A stretch of DNA of 64,000 nt from Blastocystis sp. Blastoise (GCA_039096225.1 JBBPEB010000033.1:930001-994000), one strand, 5' to 3'. Shown: positions 24,721 through 61,846, counted from the stretch's first letter. Translations and numbers: made by a program. Notes: generated from the sequence alone by a model not told the origin.

Positions 24721-25836
24721 ATGAATAGTGTATGTTTATAATTTATTCATAGTTTTTCTATTATACATATTGCTTTGTTGGATATGCTTAGATATTTTAT
24801 TATTTGGACTCAAATTAATTTAATTTTTCTTTTTTTAGGTTCCTGAATTTAAACTTGTTCTCGTTGGTGATGGTGGTGTCGGTAAGACTACTTATGTCAA
24901 GAGACATGAAACTGGTGAATTTGAAAAGAGTTATATTGCTACTCGTGGTGCTGAAGTACATAGATTAACTTTCAATACTACTTGTGGTCCTATTATTTTC
25001 AATGTTTGGGATACTGCTGGTCAAGAAAAACTTGGTGGACTTCGTGATGGTTACTAGTATGCTTTTATTTTTTATTCTTATTTATTTTCTTGCATTATTC
25101 ATTATTTATTTTGTTATTCTATGACTATTTATTTTTAATTTTTATTATTTATTCATCTTTTATATAGCATTGAAGCTGATTGTGCTATTATTATGTTCGA
25201 TGTCACTGCTCGTACTACTTACACTAACGTCCCTAACTGGCATCGTGATTTAACCCGTGTTTGCGGTAACGTTCCTATTGTTCTTGTTGGTAACAAGGTA
25301 TATATATTTTTTATTATACATATATTTTAATAAATGATTATTATTTATATTTATTATATTAATGTATTTTATGAATTATTTTAATAATAATAATAACAAT
25401 ATATATATAGATTGATATGAAAGAAAGACGTGTTAAGGTTAAGAATATTACTTTCCATCACAGACATAATATGCCTTATTTCGATTTATCTGCTAAGAGT
25501 AATTATAATCTTGAACAACCTTTCCGTTGGTTAGCTCGTAAACTTGTTCAGTATTTATATGATATTATATGTTATTATTATTAATATTAATGTTTATTAT
25601 GATTTATATTATTTACTATTATTATTATATATATGTTAATTATTTAAAACAAACATTATAAAATATTATTATTAACAATTTATTATCATTATAGAAATCA
25701 ACAACTTGAATTCACTGATGGTCCCAGACTTCTTCCTCCTGAAATTATCATGGATCAACAACAAATCAGAGATATTGAACAAAATATCAAAGAAGCTGAA
25801 AATGCTCCTCTTCCTGAAGATGATAATGAAATCTAA
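24721..25836 (+). CDS. RAN: Ran GTPase (5 exons, first coding exon 9 nt)
   Basis: [63 protein letters not shown], acidic tail PLPEDDNEI*. Missed by the ORF track because the exons are short. Confidence 0.95.
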
Positions 25837-26119
25837 ACAAATCATTCAAGAAATTTCATTATTACATACACCTCTTTTGTTTTTATATAATCTCAAGTTT
25901 TATTGTTAGAATTAACATTAATATACTAATAATTTTCTATATTATGTGGTTGATTCCTTTTTTTTATTAGTCTGTCTTACTATATATTTTCTATTTCTGA
26001 CTTTGTTGTCTTGTTCATTCAAATATTTATATAATTCTAAACAACACACCATACTTTATATACAAAAAAAAATAAACATAAAACAAAAAAAGAGAACATA
26101 TATATTATATAGAAACCAT

Positions 26120-30504
<4,385 letters not shown>

Positions 30505-31825
30505 TATAAAAATAAATAAAGAAAGAGATAATTTGTTTTATTTAACGAAAAAGAAAACCATAAATCAAAAAGATAAAAATTCTAACTGGAAAAGAAGAGA
30601 AAACCAGAATTATTCATCATTATTTTTTATTTGTTTAAATCCTTTTATTGTTGTTTATTCTTAGTATCAGCATAATTATATATTTTATTTGATATCCATG
30701 TAATGGGTGTGCTTTGAATTTCCATGTTTTAGCAAGGTCAAGATTCAATTATTGTAAATGTTTTATTTCTATGTTATAATTTGAAGATGCTTATCAATTG
30801 CATATAAATTAGTGACCATTTAGAATCAATAGACATGACCAAATTAAATAATTCTATAGATCGATTATGTATCTTTTCTTAAAACTGTTTGTCTTATGTA
30901 AAATGAAATATTGAAAGTATGTATATGATTTCGTAATGTATATAAACAAGTAGGTTCGTTCTTCCTTCAACGAATTCTTTGATTGCTTGAATTCTATGGA
31001 ATTTAATGAATGATTTATGAAAGAAATATTTAAAATAACTAAGGAATTATCGTCTAAAATAAAGATAAGATAATATAATAATAAGAATATATTTTATTTT
31101 GATAGAAATGTATGATACAGGTATGAACTAATTTCTGTACAGGTATTTAATAGATAAAATTAATATAATATACAGATTATAGTATTACAATTATATAATG
31201 TAAGTAATAAATCAATTGTTATACACTGTTTCTATAAATTTTTCATATTATTCATTAAAAAACGATGGTATCGACATTATTGGATCATTATATAGTCATA
31301 TAATAGAGACTATTAAAAAATATTATAATAACCGTCTATGTTTTTATCAATGGATAAATAAGTTATAGAATTAATTATCAATCATATTTAAAATATGAAT
31401 TTTAAAAATATAGATTCATATTAATAAAAACGTTTATTAGAGCTCTATAGCATTACATGTTAGTTTTAATAAAATAGAATATAGAATCATTGATCTATTT
31501 CCTGTATAAACAATAAATGAGTAGTATCATTATTATGTTGTTTTATTTATTCAAAAAATGTATACACTTTTTATATTGAAAACTAGTAAATGAAGAATTG
31601 ATATAATAGTATAAGTTTACATAATACTATTTTAATTCATAATTATATAAACAATTTAATAAACATAATAAAACTTTATAAAAAAATATACATAATCAAA
31701 GATTTATGAACAATATGTAAAAACTAAAGATTGATTAAAAATAGATAAACAAATTGAAGTATAAATGAATAGAGAGATAACAAATATAGATATAAGATAA
31801 AACAGAAAAAAGATAAAATAAAAAA

Positions 31826-33397
31826 TTATTCTCTTCCCCATACTTCATAATCTTCTACTCTAAAATAATTATAATCATCAGGATCATTTGTATTTACAAA
31901 TAAAGAGTTCTTTTGAGGAGTATTAACAGATGTAAAAGACTTCAAATGATTCCATGCCTTTTTATCCGTTGAATGGCAACAATCATATATACCTATATCA
32001 CAACCAATTCCAAAAGTTGGACCATAGTTAGAATCACAATATATACCTCTACCTTCATTATTATGTCCATATTGAGTAGGAGCAATATTATGTTCATTAC
32101 TTAATGTAAATATAAATTCTTTTGAACGAGATTTATCAACTATAAAATTGTAAAACATATAATTATATATATGATGAATATATACCTTCTAAACCAGATT
32201 CCCAATTTTGATCTGTATATCCTCCAAATATATTAATATGATTATTATGACCTATATGCTTAATTATAGTAACTGTTTCTCCTTGATTATCACAGTACTT
32301 ATGAAATTCACTTGCTTTATAGTCATGTTCACTTGCTCTATATATATAATGATACAATATATTATATAATCATACCTAAATAATAATTTCCATTTCTTTT
32401 CTTTACCAAGCCAATTCACTAATGGCTTTGTAAGTTCTTTATTTATAATAGTTGATTGCTTGAACCATCCTGGAATCATTGCTTCTTTCGCTTCTTCTCT
32501 TCCTTCATCACCAAATAATTCAACCATTTCTTTTTCTAATAATTCTTTATTAATATCACTTATCTTATCTTCTTCTATATCTATATATCCATTATTCACA
32601 TATTCAGTAATATATTCAATATATTCATATTTCTTATTCATATAAAAACCTTTATCTATAGGTTTATAATTAATAAATCCATTATCATAATTCTTAACAT
32701 ATTCATTCCATAATCCATTCTTAACTAAATATTCTTTAATAGTATCATTCGTATTTCCATTAATAATCAAAGAAACTTCATTCCCTTCTTCATATTTATT
32801 CATATTTCGATCTCTTTTTTCTCTACAATCTATTAATTCTATAGGAATTACTAATCCACAAAATTCAAATAAATTTAATATTTGTAATTGTTCTTCATAA
32901 GAAAAAGAATCAAAATCTACTTTCTTTCCATTCAAATAATCTAATAAATAATATACAAAAACATCTTGACCTTCATAACAAAGAAAAATAGTTCCATCAT
33001 TCGTTCTTTTTCCTTCTTCACGTTGTTCTTCAATATAAGAACCTTTCAACGAATCTAAAACAGATTTCGATATTTGAAAAACAGGACCATTATTCGTAAA
33101 TCGAATCAAATCCATATCATCATCATCATCATCATCATCAAAGAGTACATCACTAATCCTATCTTTTCTAACCATAAACTCTTGATCTGAGGAAGATTTC
33201 CTGAGAATTTCTGATTTATCATCATTATTATTCACGGATTCATATCCTGTATTCACCTTAATACTTTCTATAAATCTTTCAAGATGATTTCCAAGACTCA
33301 TAACGAAAGAAAAAATATTCACTGAATCTTTTATCATTTCTTCATACATCTTTAAACCTTCATTCAATCCAACAAATGAACTTATATCAAATGGCAT
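31826..33397 (-). CDS. TLDc-domain protein with an N-terminal BTB-like region (3 exons)
   Basis: WKLLFR|ASEHDYKASEFHKYCDNQGETVTIIK..IFGGYT..EFIFTL..YGPTFG..DI..FRVEDYEVW. Confidence 0.88.
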
Positions 33398-34257
33398 TTT
33401 CCTTCTTTCTGTTTTATATCAAATAAATAAAAATAATTTTGTAAAAGAATGACAACAATAAATACCTAGTAGTTTTTTAATCATGTTTTTTCCCTATTCT
33501 TAAAATTAATAAAATGGTTTAGTTTTTTGGATGAAGAGATTCTACACTTTATATACATAGAACATTCTTGCGTCACTCTCATTGTGACTTTTCACATCAA
33601 TTTTCTAATTCTCAGATACTTTTTGTTTTCATTGATTCAAAAAATCAAACCATTTTTAGAGAATCTATCAATTTTACAGCATATATTAGTTCTTGGATAT
33701 TAGTGGAAGCCTTTAGATAAACAATGAACTACTTTAAAAAATAATAAGAAAATAAAATGACAAAATTTTGTTAGATGGGTTTTAAAATCCATTTACTAGT
33801 TCTGAAATATTTATATACTTATAAGATGTTCTGATTTATAATGGTAAAATTTATTTTTGTATTGAAACATAAATAATAACAAAATTTTAAACATTTTTTT
33901 CTATTTGAAGAGAGGCATAAGAATGATTAAGTAAACATATGATTTTCATTTACATAAATGGTGTTAGATTATTTTAAAACAAAACAAATGAATATAGAAA
34001 ATCTCGAATATTGTTCATAATAGAGTATTAAGTGAAAAAGGATGAACCAATATAGAAAAAATATATAAACTTTAAAAACTTTCAAGAAGTTAACATATAT
34101 AACAATAAGAAATATAAATATAGAATCAACTAGATATTAGGAAGATTATCGTTAAGGATAATAGAAAAGAAATAATATATCAACGAATAGTAATACATAT
34201 ATATATAGAATAGTATATTGAGACAAAAAAATTAGAGAATACAATAACAACTAGATG

Positions 34258-35180
34258 TTATTGTATGGATTTGATATATAAAGATTGATGATCTGATATA
34301 TAAAGACTAAGAATACAGTTTTTAGATAAGATTTTTTGTTTCTTTCTTTCGTTCTTGTTTCATGGTACTATCACGTCTCTTCTTAGCATCTTTATCAGCA
34401 GTACTAGTAGGAGAACTATATATAGATCATTAGGAGGTGATATAGAAGAATTCATTTTTATTATTTGAGATATAAATAGATATTATAATCATAAAGTATA
34501 TATTATAATATAATTATGAAATTATAATAAATAATAAATATAATATAATATATATATACGATTTCTTTGATTTAGAAAGATTGACACTTGACTTTCTTCT
34601 TGGTTTACTGATTGAATGAGATCGCTTCTTTATTGTGAAACGTTTAGCAATAACTAATCCAATAGCAATAAGAAGAACTAAGATAACAACTACAGCGATA
34701 ATGATAATAATAAGAGTAGAATCAGTAAGTGTTCTTAACACAGGTGTAGATTCAACAACAAAAGTAAGGCCTTGAGGGAAGAATCGACTAGCACCATCAT
34801 AAACAAGAGCAGTTAATTTGGGTTGAATATCAATTAAACGATTATATACATCTTTAGATTCAGAAGAAGGAGTAGTAATACGAACACTACTACACATTCT
34901 TTCAATACTCTATAGGGTATAATAATAGTATTTAGGATGATATATAATAATATAATATAATAATATAATAGTAAATATAATAATATATAATAAAATATAT
35001 ACACCATAGGCACAATCGACATCATCAAATATAGCTATTTGTTCAGATGACACTCCTAAGTTATTTCTGAATATGGTAATTAATCGTGGTTTTACTTGAG
35101 ATTCATAATTACGAGTAGTAGCATTATTAGATATTAAAGAGAAATCAATATATACAATATCTTTAGGAGGAACTAAGGGA

Positions 35181-35250
<70 letters not shown>

Positions 35251-35970
35251 TTTATAAATATTTGTTTATTATATATTATTCTAAGATAATATTATGATAT
35301 ATATACAGCATTCAGAAATGAGTGGTTCATCCCAAATAGGTGCATCATATCCATTTTCTCTACAGAATCTTCTGTATGTACCAATATATCCAGAAGGACA
35401 ACGAATAGTAGCATATTCATTAGCGGAAGTAGAAGGCCATGTAGAATCTGATTTACAATAATTCACAGTACATGAATATAAACCAATACCACTTAACTCA
35501 GCATAATTAGAATCATCATTACTTTCTATATATATACAGAGATATATAATGATGAAATTGTGCATATAATAGTTTATAATATATAATAATAGTTTATAAT
35601 AGATAATAATAATATAATAGATAATAATAAATATAATAGTATATATATACGGTCGACGGTCATTCGAATGACATTATAAGAGTTCGTATGTTCAGTCATC
35701 CAAATATTCACATCTTGGAAAGCAGAAGTAAATAAACCATCATCATTAACACTTAATAAATCTTTAAATGTTTCACCATCTTCACTACCTGATAAAGTGA
35801 ATTTACGAGGATGACGACGATTAAAGGTATTTCCTGAGGTTAATACAACTTTATTAATATATTCAGATCGATCATAATACCATGAATATTGAATAAATCC
35901 AGGTAAACCATTTTCTCTCCAACTTGTACCTGTACGATCATCAAAAGCCATAGCAGGAGTATTCTGACGC

Positions 35971-36017
<47 letters not shown>

Positions 36018-39000
36018 CAATAATATAAATACATTTTGATAATGTTCACTATCTTTAGGAAGACCATATACAGAACGAAGTACACAAGTACCTTCTAATA
36101 ATTGAACAGCAAAATCGAAATATATAGTTGTATTCATCTTTGTATTTTGATGTATAGATACAGCTACTTTATTAATACCATTACGAAGGAAAGAAGAAGA
36201 AATTGATGCTCTATATAGAATATAATTATATATATATAAATAATTATTAATATTGATTCAATAATCAATACATATTGTAAATGAATAATATGAATAACAA
36301 TAAAAAAAAATACTTTCTATAAATAATATCATCATAAGATTTAGAAGCATGTGACATAGAAGTAGCACGAGCATCAACATTCTTTCTCATAACTTCAACA
36401 CCATTCATATATAATATATAACCATCACGAACAAGAATATCATATTGGAAAATAGGATATTTCTTAATATCATCAACACTAAATTCAGATCTAAAGAAAG
36501 CAACACCATTCTGTTTAAATGTACCCCAACTACCGGTCTTTCCTGTTTGCCAAGAATTATCAGTAACATATTCATATTTATACCAATTTTGATTTGGTAC
36601 AGTACCAATATTTGAATAAGTATAAGCACTATTAGCACTTAAAGAATATTTTAAAGTAAAATATTTAGTCATTTCTTTTTCATTAGAAGCTAACATAAAA
36701 GAACCTAAGATTTCATCATCACCTTTTAATACTTTTAACTGACTATAAGTAGCCCAACCACCTTCAGTATTTGTAGTTCCTATTTTAACTGTATAAGTAC
36801 CTTCTCCTATACATACTTTATAAGAATAAGTATTAGCAGCAGAAGTCCATGTTTCAGAATATATCGAAACACCATCTTTTGTAACTGAATAGAAATCACC
36901 AATAGCAGCAGAAGCACGTGTGAATGAAACAACATAATTACCATTATCACATGATCCTACATGGAAAGTAAGAGTTTTAGAATCTGATCCATATGTATTA
37001 CTACAAGTAAGTGTATAAGCAAATGTACCAACTTCATTAAATTGACCAGAAAGAGTACCAGCAATACTATTATAACTAACAGTACGAGGAAGAGAAGGAG
37101 AAAAAAGTAATGTAGTATGAGGAGCATTAACAGTAATAGAAATAGGAGTAAATACAAATCCAGAACTAGTAGATACTAAACTAGCACCCATTGTTATAGT
37201 AGGCTTAACAGTAAATGCTATATATTATATTCATTATATATATTTTTTATAAAAACATAATATAAATATATTTATTTTAAATAATGAAATATAACATATA
37301 TATATAATATACTCGTATCAAAAGATCTTGTAGAAGCTTGAGTAGCAGCAATTGATTCTTGAATATATATAATATTATCATTACGAGTAACAGAATAAGT
37401 ACAAGTATTTCTATAGATTAGTGAAAATTAGTTTTTATTCAAATAGAAAAATGAATTAAAAGAGAATCAAGTTAGTACTTTATATATATGGAAATATAGA
37501 AATATTATATACCTTCCAGAACATATAGCTACAACATCATATACATTCATAGGAATACATAATGCCCAAGTAATGGCACCACGAATATTAGTTTTGGATT
37601 CTTTTACTTCTTCACTATATAATAATAATGTATAAATATATTAATAAATCTATATATATACCCAATTTTTAGAGTGATAGATCCTTGATAATTATTATCA
37701 GTAACGAAATTAAATGAATTACCATATTGACAACCAGTAACAGATAAAGTAAATTGATAAATAGCAGAACCACCATCATTAGAAGCAGTTAATGTATATC
37801 TATAGAATATATGAGAATATTTATATATAGATTCTATTATATACATAATTAAAAAATGTGTATTTGAAAATAAATAAATAATAATAATATTAATATATAA
37901 ATACATTGTAGGTGCAAGTGATTCTTTAGGAGTACCAGAAATACGTCTATTTCTTGTAGAGAGAGTAATACCGGAAGGAAGATTAGGAGAAATAGTTAAA
38001 GAAGAAGCAGTATGATTATAAGCAATAGACCAATTAATAGTATCTGTCATAGAGAGAACAACTGAAGTGATTGGAGAACCATTTGTACCGTTACGAACAA
38101 CGAGACCACTAGGTGGTTCAATATCTATAGAAATATATATTTATTATCTATTATTGTTAAGTAATATAACAATTGCTAATAACATGAATAAATCATTATT
38201 AAATAAATAATAAATAAATAATAAATAAATAATAAATAATATAAATAAATAAATATAAATAAAAATAAATACAAGTGATTTGGATAGTGATCATAGTAGA
38301 TTGAGTAGTTTGAGTAGTACTAGTAATATAATAATCTCTGAGATCAATTTCTTCAGTAGGTATACCTGTAATAGCACCAGAAGCAGTATTAAAAGAAAGC
38401 CCAGAAGGAAGAGTAGGAGTAATAGTATAAGGACTTAAAGAGCTTAAACCAAAGAGAACAGGTCCATTTTCAGGAATAGTAACTCCTTTATAATAATGAG
38501 CAACAGGAGATGTATATGTAAATTGAGCAGAAGGAAGATGATAAAGAGAAGAAGCAGGAATAGCTTCAAAAGTAGTTGTTGTAGGAGTTTTCCATTGGAA
38601 TTGTAATCCGAAATGAGTTGTATGTGCAAAATATTCAATAAAAAGAGTATGATAACCTATACAGATGTTATTATTATTATATATTATAATTATTATATAT
38701 TATATATCAATTTCAATAGAATATATATATATACCAATAGTATCAAAGATTCTTTCATATGTAGTTGTATTCATAGCAGTCATGCAACCCCATTGGCGAA
38801 TAGCAAGTGTGTCATCGATATAAACACGTGCACCATCCATACTCTATATATATGACAATAATAATAATATATAATAATATTATATATATATACATTAATA
38901 GCAAGAGTATAAGTACCAGTAGCAGGTATATATAAATAACCATTAAATTCAGTAAAGAAATTAGATCCAAAATTTACAGGTAAACCAGGCCAAATATAAT

Positions 39001-41079
39001 CTCTATAAATATATAAACATAATGATAATATATATATAATGATAATATATATATAATGATGATATATAAATACTCAGATTCTTCCCAATTGATAGTATAA
39101 TCAATACGTTCAACTTGTTTTGAAAGTAGACCAAGAGAGAAATATTGAAGAGAACAAACATTAGACGTAGATACAGTATAATAACTACCAGTTAAACCAG
39201 GAAGTAATTCAGCTATATATATATTGAGTTATATTATTATTAGTATTTATAATATACTATTAATATAGATATTGAATTTAGTAGAAGCAGTTCCCATAGG
39301 GCCAGTAGCAGTAACAGTATAAGAAGTAGAGGCACTTGATACCTATATAATAATATAATAATAATATATAATAATAATAATAATAATAAGATAATATATT
39401 TATTAACATACAGTAGGTATACCAGCGATGACTCCAGTAGTAGGATCAATAGTAAGACCATTAGGAAGAGTAGGAGTAATCGTATAAGATGTAACTATAC
39501 CACTACCGATAGTAGGATAACGATTAGGGATTCTACTATTCATTGCACCCATAATATCCTTATATGCTAAGAAAGATGGACCACGACCAGCATAAGTCAT
39601 AATAGTACTATCGATAATAGTTTCAGCAATAGAGGCTGTAGTTGATTTGTATTTAATAGAGAGTTGAGGAGCAGTACCACCATGTTGCATATAAAGAACA
39701 TGTACTAAATGTATACCTATATAAATATAGAATTATGTTTTAAAATAGTAAACATAATAATAATAATAGTAATAATAAACATAATAATAATAAGCATAAT
39801 AATATAATAATAATATACCTGCAGTAAGAGAAGCAGTATTAGATTTAGAGAGAGGTCCATTACGACTACATCCATCATTATTAACAACAATAGTATTATC
39901 AATATATAATATAGAACCATCATCAGAAACAATACTAAATGTATATGTAGCATCTGTAAATATACGTATATAACCAGTAAATATAGCAGTGAAATAATCT
40001 AAAAATCTATATATATATGTATTGTTTAATTCCATTATATATAATATAATTTATAAAAAAAATTATAATAAAAAAATAATAAATATAATAATCATAATAA
40101 ATATAAGAATAAATATATCTACCTTTCATCTAGTCCAGACCAACTGTGAGAATCATCATCAGGACGATATTGATCACTAAATTCAAATTTAGTTTCTAAT
40201 TGACATTTATCTGCTTCATTTGAAGTAAACCATTCCATAGAATGCATAGAACAACCTAAAGTACGTGCATAATAACAGCCACTAAAACCATTTGTAGATA
40301 ATTCAGAAGACTCTATATAGATAATAATATAAATAAAATAATATAATAATAATAAAATAATAATTTAATATAATAATAAACAATAAAATTTAAAAAAAAA
40401 ATTAATAACAATATATATACGAATAAAGCTAATATTAATAGTTGTAGAGATGCTTCCAAAAGTATTTGTAGCAGTAATTTGATATTGAGTAGTAGAAGAA
40501 GTTTGAGTAGGTGTACCATAAATTAATCCAGTAATATTATTAATAGAAATACCTGTAGGTAAAGAAGGAGAAACAGTGACTTGAGAAAATATAGTATTGG
40601 ATCTCATAGGTAAAGAATCCATAGGTACATTAACAACAATCTTTTGACTATCAAATCCATAAGAGATTGTAGTAGGCATATCATAAACTAAATATTCATA
40701 TAAGAATAAAATTTATTAATTAAAAAAAAGAATTTTAAAAATAATATTAAGAAAAAAAAACATACTTCCAATATAAACTTTTACATAATTAGTTCCATCA
40801 GTTACATAATATTCTGTTCTTTGTTGACCACGGACAGGAGTACCATAAAGCTTTTTATTTATAAAATAAAGACCATCGGGTAATTCAGGATTCAAAGAGA
40901 GATTATTACCAGTACAAGTCATTTCTTGCATAGCTATACCTTTGACTAAAGTAAAGCTACTTGTAGGGCAAGATAATCTACTAGGTTGAGCAACAGCAAT
41001 TGCTATATAGGAATATTATTTCAATAAGTATCTTCATCATATTCATACCTAAGAAAAGAAGAAGAATATTCCACTTCAT
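34258..41079 (-). CDS. Large type-I membrane surface protein with He_PIG (putative Ig) repeats, PA14 domains and a galactose-binding/F5-8-like region
   Basis: Signal MKWNILLLFL; repeated P.LP.G..I...TG.I.G.PT; PA14 motif YTFSIVSDDGSILYIDNTIVVNNDG; AFDDRTGTSW..PRKFTLSGSEDGETF; TM LIIIIIAVVVILVLLIAIGLVIA followed by a basic tail. The 3' end is approximate. Confidence 0.85.
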
Positions 41080-42272
41080 TTATATTGTGAAAATAAATAT
41101 TTTTTTGAAGATCAAGACTATTTAGAAAAAGTATTTCATATTATTTCTAATTTTTAGCTTTTAAACACATAAGCCTTCAAACATTGGTTAAAATTAGTAA
41201 TAACCAATGAAATATATTGTTTTTCATGACACAATATTATCTTCTCTATCTTTTTTATGTTTTTGAATGAGATTTGTATGAATAGTGTTGAGTAAGACAC
41301 AACGTCACCACAGAATTATTTCATACAACCTTTTTAATAATAACGAAATAACCAATCAAATCGGTTCTTAGGAAAATTTTTGGTATTGGTTGGCTACTAA
41401 TTGTGTCTACTTCATTTTATTGGAAGAGATCTCCTAGAAAAAGAGTGTTTTAGAATTCTTTCTCTCTTATTATTGTCCATTATTGTTGAATCATGGACTT
41501 GAACTTGTTTTGAACATTCATTTTGACCAGATATCATGCAATTATTTGCATATTCACTGAATAGTCAATAATACATCGTCACTACATTTGTCTTCAGAAA
41601 ATAACGAATATAAAAACACAGTAACTTAACTTTTTATTATATTGTTGACATATAATGAATTAATTATTATTAAAAGAATAGGACAATCTTAAATAGAGTT
41701 CCTGAAAAAGATATGTACATTTAATTAATCATAGAAATAGTGTTTTGAATTGCAATAGTTTTCAAAAGACTTAAATTATATAGTTTATTCATCATATTTT
41801 GACTATAGTATTGCTCTGTTAATGAATATATTGTTAGGTTCTATTAAATCAGTAATATAAAAACATATAAAAGAGAATTAGATCAAAGTAAATTATATAA
41901 AAGATATTTAAACAATTGCTGACGTGTAAATCTTATAAATTTAATAAAATTTTGACTGATTATGATATAGATAATATTTTTTTAGTTTTCTTTTATAGTA
42001 TCTTATATATTATTATAGAATAAACGATGTATTCTATGTCTCTTTAATGAATATTAATATTTCTTTTGAGAATTCAAGTTAGGAAGTTTCAAACCAATTG
42101 TTTATTCATATAGTTATACTAACCTAATGATTGCTATTCACTTGAAATACATGAATATAATCTTACGTTTTGAATAATTAAGATATATGAAGTAGAAAAA
42201 CATAATAAATTTTTTTGTTTCTTTTTGTCAAAATATGAAATCATATAACTAAAGAATGAATAAAATTCCTGA

Positions 42273-42344
42273 GGCCTGCTGGTCTAGTGGTATGATTCTC
42301 GCTTAGGGTGCGAGAGGTCCCGGGTTCGATTCCCGGGTAGGCCC
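42273..42344 (+). tRNA. tRNA-Pro (AGG)
   Basis: GGCCTGCTGGTCTAGTGGTATGATTCTCGCTT-AGG-GTGCGAGAGGTCCCGGGTTCGATTCCCGGGTAGGCCC, followed by a T-run Pol III terminator. Confidence 0.97.
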
Positions 42345-43150
42345 ATTTTTTTAATTTGTATAATTTTTTGAGAAGCTATCTTTGTTATGTTTTTTATAAA
42401 ATATAAAGATTTGGTTATTTTTCTGTTCCTATCTATTTTCATGAAAAGACGATAGGTATAGATTTTCATAAAGTATTTTTTGGTGTGTTAGTTGTTCTAT
42501 TGATATCAATATCTACAGAAAATAATATATAACAAAGAATAATATGCATATATACTAATTCTAGAGAATACTATAGTCACATATAATGATAATTATTCCA
42601 TTAAGTAATGTTCAGTGTTCTAATATATATTGACTCAAATATAAATGAAAATATATGATTATAATAATGAAATGATGATAGATTTTGATATATATATTAT
42701 TTTTGTTCATTTTTAATATTCAATATATATTCTATATATATTTTTTAATTAACATATTCCAAAGTCTTCAATTATTTGTAGCAAGAATAGTATATACATG
42801 ATATATATACTTATAAAATAATAAAAAACTGTTCTTTTTCAAAATTAATTCCTTTTTTATATTAATAAATCTATCTTAACTAACACAAAAATTTTCCATA
42901 CATTTAATTAAATATAATATAGAATAAACGATAAAAGTTATAATACATACAGATCATAATTTTAATTTATTATTCACTGAAGATTAATGCTGTTTTTTAT
43001 TTTCATTTATTACAAATAGCGTCTAATAAAAAGCTCATTTTTCATAGATACAAGAAAAAATCCAGTAATATATATCTTTCACAGCATAAAAATAGTTGAA
43101 GATTTCAGATAAAAAGTAAAGTATAACAAAACATTGATTAGCAATTCATA

Positions 43151-43930
43151 TTATTCATCATGCATATAATTAGTAATAATTGTATCAAGTATAGTTTCAT
43201 ATTTTTTAATGATATCTATGTTCTTCTCAAAGAATGAAATAGAATATGTAAAAGCAGAATCATCATAACATTTGATTCTTTCAATACGTTTACATATAAT
43301 TTCAAATTTTTGAATAGTTTCTTGAATATCAGAGTTTGTATTAGACATTAATATGTGAAAGTGAAATGTATTGAATGATATAATCTTCGTACATAACTGA
43401 TTCCATATATACATAAATAATATGCCATTAGGATTTGTTTTTAAATGACAACTTGAGACACCATGAAATGAACTATTAGAACATAAAAATACATAATGCT
43501 TAGCTTCCTTAAAGCTATGAAAACTATCCATTGCATATAATATACCACCTAATACATCTTGACAATGACTTTGACAACCTTTTGCAAATCCACCATAATC
43601 AGGCATTTGATAAAATGAAAAATCAAATACAGATTTATAATTATTACGGTCATATATAGGAGACTTACATAAATGAAAAATTTCTGTATCATCATAATCA
43701 CGAAATACAAAAATCTGAGCCACAACATCATTCTTCATATGAATTCGATTGCAAAATTCACCTTCAAATAAACGTTTGACAAATGAAAGAACTAATCGTT
43801 GATAATTAGCCTCTGTATTTACAGAAGAACGAGTACAACCAAATATGAATGAGAAGAAAAAACCTTTATAATGATTTAAAGGAATTCCATTCTCACATTG
43901 TGATTGATGACCATTATTCATGTCTTTCAA
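43151..43930 (-). CDS. von Willebrand factor A-like domain protein with degenerate MIDAS (start uncertain)
   Basis: FSFIFGCTRS (resembles D-C-T-G-S), FRDYDD, QDVLGGILYA and VFLCSNSSFHG (resembles I..DAP.HG) match the protist vWA family. The frame is open a little further upstream, to ~43975. Confidence 0.65.
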   Translation of the reverse strand: MKDMNNGHQSQCENGIPLNHYKGFFFSFIFGCTRSSVNTEANYQRLVLSFVKRLFEGEFCNRIHMKNDVVAQIFVFRDYDDTEIFHLCKSPIYDRNNYKSVFDFSFYQMPDYGGFAKGCQSHCQDVLGGILYAMDSFHSFKEAKHYVFLCSNSSFHGVSSCHLKTNPNGILFMYIWNQLCTKIISFNTFHFHILMSNTNSDIQETIQKFEIICKRIERIKCYDDSAFTYSISFFEKNIDIIKKYETILDTIITNYMHDE

Positions 43931-44889
43931 ATGTCTCAGATCAAGTATCTTCTTGATTGAATGATAGAGGAATTGCTAATTTATTATTATATCATAGTAT
44001 TGATGAAATAATAAATAAACAAATAAAAGAATTTCCCTCTTTTCTATTTGTTTTATTTTTGCTTTAATTTTGAAAAACTTTAATTTTTTATATTCTAGAT
44101 AAAGTCAACTATATGAGATTGAAAAAAATTAGCATTTTGTTGATGATGAATTCGTTTTGATGTTGATTCATATTGTTAATTATCGCTTAATAATTGAAGA
44201 AAGTCTTTAGAATAAGTTTGAATGGAAAATAAAAAATAAGCTTCTATGTTGTACATCAAATATAATCTTCAATTAAAGCTGATTTACAATAAATTTACGT
44301 TACTTTTTTCAAATCCATTTTTTCATATGAATAAATCAATTTGATTATTCTAAATTATAAAAAGGAATTCACTATCATATATGAAGTGTTGTGTTTTATA
44401 AAGGAAGTAAAAACAAAACACTATCATTCACTTATTAAAAAATAAAAATTCGATACAAACAATAGAAATTGATAATACTCTCATAAGGAGATAATTAAAA
44501 TTAAAAAACTAAAAAACAAAAAATAGTTTTCACTGAGTATTCTTTCGAATACATATAATACAAATTATATACTAAAATAATTATAAATGATATCATATAT
44601 CATTCTAATGAAAATTTAAAAAATAATTATAAAAATATATAATTCAATGAATAGAAATTGTATATAAATATAGAATAACATTGTAAAATTTAAAAAGTTT
44701 CATATATAATATTATTTAGTTTACAATAAACAAGAAAAAGAGATATATATAAAATTATATATATATAAAACACAAAAGATTGATACAAATAAATAAAAAC
44801 AAAAATATATATATAAACAAAACAAATAAATACATATAAACAAAACAAATAAAAATTAAATAACAATAAATAATATATATATATATATA

Positions 44890-61846
<16,957 letters not shown>

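Noticed and set aside
34258-34340. Polyadenylation-created stop codon (known in Blastocystis) at the end of the He_PIG gene
   Set aside because: No TGTTTGTT motif is seen, an encoded TAA exists at 34260-34258, and the other genes also have encoded stops. It cannot be supported without 3' cDNA.
42284-42469. 61-aa ORF ending GLPGNRTRDLSHPKRESYH
   Set aside because: Antisense translation of tRNA-Pro.
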